A DNA stretch of 51,190 bases, taken from the NCBI GenBank assembly GCA_054600435.1, contig BAAIJX010000095.1, forward strand, positions 1-51,190. The letters run 5' to 3'. Numbering within the stretch: position 1 is the first letter of the stretch; each line of letters begins with the position of its first letter. The DNA comes from Neophaeotheca triangularis. Taxonomy: Eukaryota. A model generated the notes under the pieces. It saw nothing but the letters and a program-made list of their open reading frames with translations. It did not search any database and had not been told where the DNA came from. The position numbers were made by a program, and so were the translations under genes. This document shows positions 46,101-51,190 of this stretch, one piece after another.

Positions 46101-47261
46101 TGCTGTTGCGAGGTTACCGGCCGGTGTTCCGACGTTGCGGATTTGTCGACCAGCAAAGTATCGAATTTGCTTGAAGATGGCTGCAAATGGTTGACCGCGC
46201 ACTTGGCCGTACTTTTCGAGCGCTTCCTGCGTAATGTCTTCCAGATCCGTGAGGACTACATTGCCTCCGATCTCGAGGTAATCGTCTTGGAGCTTGTACT
46301 GCCGAAGCTCTGGAATGTCACCAACATAAACTGATGCGGTGTATTGCATAGCTTTGAACTTGACCTCGATCTGCGTTTCGGTACTACCTCCGATGATCTT
46401 GGCCGAAGGGTATGCGCTCTTGATCTCGAGAAGCTGCTGTAGTGTTGTTGGTCTGAACCACCTTTTACGTTTATTGCCAAAAGCCAACGGTTTGTATTCA
46501 TGCCGACGCAGTGCAGGGGGGAAGATGAGCTCGGTAGATGAGTTGTATTCAATGAAGTCTGGAGAAGGGAAACGTTTCGCTGGCGGAGCTTCCTCGCCGT
46601 TCGTGCCATTGCTTTTACAACAGCCGTCACCGTTGGCTTTCTGTTCCATACAGCAGCCACTCCCACCATTCGCTTTGGCCATACCGCATCCACCTCCCTT
46701 GCTGAATGATTGAGCGGCATCTAAGATCGGTCGATAACCTGTACATCTGCATAGGTTGCCATCGAACGCTTCCTCGACGTGCTGCTCGCTTGGATTCTCA
46801 TCGTTTCTGAGCAGAGCGTACAGACTCATGACGATACCGGGGGTACAGAAACCGCACTGACTGCCATTTCCCTTGGCTATCCTCTCTTGCGCTGGGTGTG
46901 GCTTCTTGACATTGCCTATTCCTTCCACAGTAATGACATGCTTGCCATCTATGCTGACCAGCGGCGCGAGACATGCGTTGACACTGGCATGATAGATCTT
47001 CCTTGTTGTAGGGTTGAACTGGCTAACGACGACCGTGCAAGCTCCGCATCCTCCCTCAGCGCAGCCCAATTTGGTGCCCGTCAGACCAATGCCTCGGAGG
47101 TACTCCAAAAGTGTGACTTCGGGGTCTGCGGTATCGAGGACTATTTTGGTGCCGTTCAGGTAAAAGACGATGGTATCGGTGTAGTCGGCCGTGACCGATT
47201 CGAGAGAGCGTTGGGTTTCGTCTTTGACCGCGGGCTGCGGTTCTACAAGGCCCGGGGCCAT
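43117..47261 (-). CDS. hxA: Xanthine dehydrogenase, ~1359 aa; exons 47261-43765, 43699-43117
   Basis: 2Fe-2S motifs GCAEGGCGAC, QCGFCTPG, NLCRCTGY; FAD domain (ASPISD, KQAKRKDDDIA); Moco motifs GGGFGGKE, AFRGFGGPQG, GVGEPP. Confidence 0.97.
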
Positions 47262-47912
47262 GGTATCGTTTCGTTTCGTTTCTTTTCTTTGTCCGTCGCT
47301 CCTTATCGCGCTGCTATTGTGGGAACGACGTGGTTATCGAGGGGAGATGTGACGAGACGGGACGATGAGCGAGAGAAGGAGAGGGAAGGAAAAGTGAGTC
47401 GCCAACCTTGGATGGAATGTACGTATGTATGCTACCTGGAGAGCTCCCAGAGATAGTGAGGTAGTACTATGCTGTCAACCTTGCCTCGTTGACCAAGCAT
47501 ATCGCGTATCACATGGGCGCGAGAGCCTATCGCAGTGAAGCTGTTAGTACTAGAGTATGTTGTTACCTAGTTAGTCCCATCGCAGCTCGCCGATGGGAGT
47601 GGGACTCCGCCGCAGACCACGCACGTGATGAAATTGAATGTCTGCCTAACCTCTCAGGCTTCAATGTTTGCTAGCGTCTCGTCTCAAAGCTCCAGGCGCA
47701 ACCTTGCGTTACTAAGTACTTGCAAGCTCGAGCGAGCTTGATAACAACTTCTCACCTCCGACACGACAACAACGACACAACACAACAGTCCTCTTCATCC
47801 ACCTCCACCTCAACACCCACACAAGAATACCATCACCGCCTACCTCACGTGCGCTTCCGCCTTCACCGACACTTTCAGGCGCGCGCCGTCACTCGCGCAT
47901 CAAGTCGTCGCA

Positions 47913-49931
47913 ATGGCGCAACCCGACATCAACGCGATACTCGCGCAGCTCAGTCAGTTGCCTGTTGATTATTCCTACACGCGTGACACACCACTAACCT
48001 CACTTCGGCCAGACCCACAGCAAGCCTCAACATCCCAGGCACCGACTCCTCAGCATGGCCCCCCTCCTCATCAGCCTCCACCCCAGCAGCCTCCCCCGGG
48101 CATGTATGGCGGACACATGCCGATGCCCGCGCATTCGCCAAGCGCTGGGCCCGCGCAGGGCTACCTTCCTCCTCCATCCAATACTGGCAGTGTCGATCTG
48201 AGCGCCGTCAGGCCGGCCAACACTGGTACCCTGAACATTCAAGATGCAATTGCTCGCGCTAGAAGCATTGCGGCAGAGAACAATATCAGCCCTGGTGAGT
48301 ACTCTAAGCCGGGCATTCGCCCTCCTTCCCCACGGAGCCTCCCTTGAAAAGGCTTCTCTTGGTCTGCCAACCATGCGCAACCAAAGCGAATAGCGAGTCT
48401 TGCCAAATATATCCGTTTCAGAATAGAGTATGCTAACGTCTATGGCCATGAAGCTCAAGCTCGCGACAGTCCACGTGACCCACGCCTGGCAGGAAGAGGC
48501 TACGGCCCGCCGCCTGCTCGCTCGAGATCTCGCTCCCCCGCCAGACAGCGCGACAATTATGAAGGCAATCCCTATCGTGAGGAGCGCCGCGATGACCCAC
48601 GCCGAGCTGGTGGTGGCGGTTACCGCAGATCATCTACCCCCGATCGTAACGTTCGAGGCTCCAGGGATCCGCCAGCTGGCTACCGTGCCAACGATGGAGA
48701 GACAGAGACAATCCGCGTTAAATCCGCGTTGGTAGGTTTGATCATCGGTCGCAATGGCGAGAACCTCAGAAGGGTCGAAACCGAAGCTGGAGCGCGTGTT
48801 CAGTTCTTGCAACCCAAGGCTTCCAACACATCCGAACGTGAATGCACCATCTCCGGCTCTACTCGCGCTCGTGAAAGTGCCAAAACGGCCATTTTCAACA
48901 TCATCGACGAAAACGGAGGATCCAACATCCCCGCCGACAAGGGTGCCTACACCGCCGGCATGCCTGGTAGAGCCAAGGTCAATCTTCCTGCGTTGCGTGA
49001 GGGTGAGGCGCAGACTCAAATGATGGTGCCTGACAAGACCGTTGGCTTGATCATCGGTAGAGGTGGTGAAACTATCAAAGACCTACAGGAGCGCAGCGGC
49101 TGCCACGTCAACATTGTCGGCGAGAATAAGAGCGTCAATGGTCTTCGTCCAGTGAACTTGATTGGTAGTGCTCAGGCCACCGCTCTCGCCAAGGAGCTCA
49201 TTCTTGAGATTGTCGACAGTGATAGCCGCAATGGTAGTGCTGGCGGTGGTGGTGGTGGTGGCGCTCCTCCTGGTAGCAACCAAGCTCCACCTCAGCGTGA
49301 CCGCGGCTATGGCGACTTCAATCGTAGCGGTAGCGCTGGAGGTGGTGGCGGCAGAGACCACGTTGAGAAAACTATTCAAGTTCCGTCCGAGGCTGTTGGT
49401 ATGATTATTGGGAAAGGCGGCGAGACCATCAAGGACATGCAACGCTCTAGTGGTTGCAAAATCAATGTCAATCAGCCCAAGCCACCAGACGTGACCCGTG
49501 ACATCGACCTCGCCGGCTCTGCCCAAGCCATGGCCGAGGCCGAGCGTGCCATCTGGGATAAGGTCGATACCGTGCGTCAGCGTGATGCCCAGGGAGGTGG
49601 AGGGCGTCGTCAAGGTGGCGGTCGAGGTCAGGACCAGCGTGGTGGAGGAGGTGGTGGGTACGACGGATACTCACAACAGCCCCAGGGTTACGGACAATAC
49701 GGTAGCCCGCAGCAAGGTGGCTACGGCAATGTTCCGCCGCAAATGCCCGCCTTCCAGATGCCTGGCATGCAGCAACAGCAGCCTCAAGCCCCCCAGCAAT
49801 CTACCGCTGAAGATCCTTACGCTGCCTATGGTGGGCAGCAGGCCGTCTACGCGTGGTATGCGCAGCAGATGGCCCAGGCTCAGATGCAGCAGCAAGGTCA
49901 AGGACAGCAACCTCCCGGATCTGGACAGTGA
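47913..49931 (+). CDS. Three-KH-domain RNA-binding protein (FUBP/KSRP-like), ~599 aa; exons 47913-47952, 48013-48294, 48454-49931
   Basis: Three GxxG KH motifs (GLIIGRNGE, GLIIGRGGE, GMIIGKGGE), RS-like segment, C-terminal EDPYAAYGG..YAWY; the second intron needs an AAG acceptor. Confidence 0.85.
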
Positions 49932-50542
49932 TGCCTCGCCGTGCCGTGAACAGGTCGTGCTCGCTCCTCGCTCATTTTTCTCTCTGTCGACTGCCGCTTG
50001 ATTAAGATCATCTTCTGGAGTGACATCTACCATGACCCTCGACCTGACATGTGTGACTGTCGTCAATGTCATCGTCAAGCGTCCTCGTCTTTCCTCGGGC
50101 AGAAACACGTCATACAACACCTCGATGTGCGTTGGCTGCTATGACAGTGCCGTTCGTCTAACTATGCTATAGCCTTCACTCGGCCTGTCCAGTGGCCGCT
50201 CTCCTCTTGATCTACTGGGCATCGTACCCGAGTGCATAACATGTCGACTCTTGGTCGCCCCCCTCCGTCCGGATAACAAGACACTTTAGGATCGCCATAC
50301 GGTGGGTGCTGGATGTTATTTTAGGTGTTAGCCACCACCGCTGCACGTCATTTGGGTCGATAGGTCTCGAGACAGTCTACATGCCATGAAATTCTTCACA
50401 AACATGGGAGGGAAATACGAGCGCGGTGAGCGCTCACGAGGGTAGTCGAGGATACTCAATAGCCGCGGTCCATTTCCTAGTGTACTACTGCTTTCCCATA
50501 GCCCGCTGTAAAAAAAAGTTCCCACTTCATCAACACTTTCCA

Positions 50543-50930
50543 CTACATAGCCGTATACCCCCCATCCACAGGCAACGCCACGCCAGTAATCCACGCAACA
50601 TCCTCACTCGCAAGAAACACTGCCGCTTTCGCCACGTCCTCTGGCGTCCCCATGCCGCCCAAAGGATGCTTCTTGTCGATCTCCGCTTGGGCTGTGGGGT
50701 CTGATTGCAAGTTTTGGGTCATCGTCTTGCGTGGGGCGTTTTTTTTGCGTAAGCTTGGGATGAACATATCACCGTCTGTGGTCCTTTTTGAGTGGAGAGA
50801 GGGGTGGGCTTACCGTCCGCAAGAAGCCAGGGCACAGGGCGTTGATGTGGATGCGGTGCGGGGCGTAGTCTATGGCGGCTTGTTTTGTTAGGCCGGCGAC
50901 GGCGTGTTTGGACGCGGTGTAGCTTGGTGT
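50543..50930 (-). CDS. Short-chain dehydrogenase, 3' part only (5' part lost at contig end); exons 50930-50814, 50725-50543
   Basis: [43 protein letters not shown]...[21 protein letters not shown]...[15 protein letters not shown]. Confidence 0.85.
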
Positions 50931-51089
50931 CTGAGGGGTTGGTTTGTTAGCTTGTCGAGGTTATTTTGATTGGAGGTTGAAGTTCTTTCATGTTTTTCTG
51001 GTGGCGGCTGGGTGTTTGTCTCGTCCTTCTCGGTTTTTGATGTGGGCTGGGACGGTGTCCGTGGTGGTGGGAAGGGGCGCTATCAAGGA

Positions 51090-51190
51090 GGGGGGGGGGG
51101 GGGGGGGGGGGGTTTTTGTTTTTTTAAAGAAAAAAAAAACACAAAAAATTTAACCCCCCCAAAACGAACACCAAAAACCCCCACAAAAAA
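51090..51190. repeat. poly-G and A/C homopolymer-rich contig end (low reliability)
   Basis: G run 51090-51112 followed by T, A and C runs to the edge. Confidence 0.75.

Noticed and set aside
1..51190. tRNA, rRNA, transposon, CRISPR or secondary-metabolite cluster
   Set aside because: GTTCGA-like words lack cloverleaf context; no transposase/RT motifs, terminal repeats, repeat-spacer arrays or PKS/NRPS genes were seen.

Overview
This is a gene-dense contig from a filamentous ascomycete. Pezizomycotina is indicated by GT-AG introns with CTRAC branch points; the Dothideomycete-like assignment is only an impression. Both ends are G/C homopolymer runs. I reconstructed about 21 protein-coding loci by hand: ATG13, a secreted amidase, an AZUL-HECT E3 ligase, NOT4, the complex I 30 kDa subunit, two SDRs (one truncated), a 4-TM MARVEL-like protein, a GH5 ExgD-like glucanase, an Rgt1-like Zn2Cys6 factor, a GH128, MsrB, an acetamidase-type amidase, a YeeE/YedE sulfur transporter, a histidine phosphatase, a GPI wall protein, xanthine dehydrogenase, a 3-KH RNA-binding protein and three orphans. 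The most interesting signals are at the RNA level. (i) An intron-encoded, apparently double-guide box C/D snoRNA at ~40172-40253 carries an snR56/U25-type 18S guide plus a 25S guide, in a non-coding intron just after the phosphatase stop codon. (ii) A stop-free, in-frame 447-nt intron ('exitron') would toggle the stalk length of a GPI wall protein. (iii) NOT4 can make two different C-termini through a 916-nt alternative intron. (iv) A recurrent C-rich to G-rich switch in synonymous positions occurs near the 3' end of most genes. No tRNA, rRNA, transposon or CRISPR was recognised. All calls are by eye with no database search, and rRNA/snoRNA comparisons are from memory.
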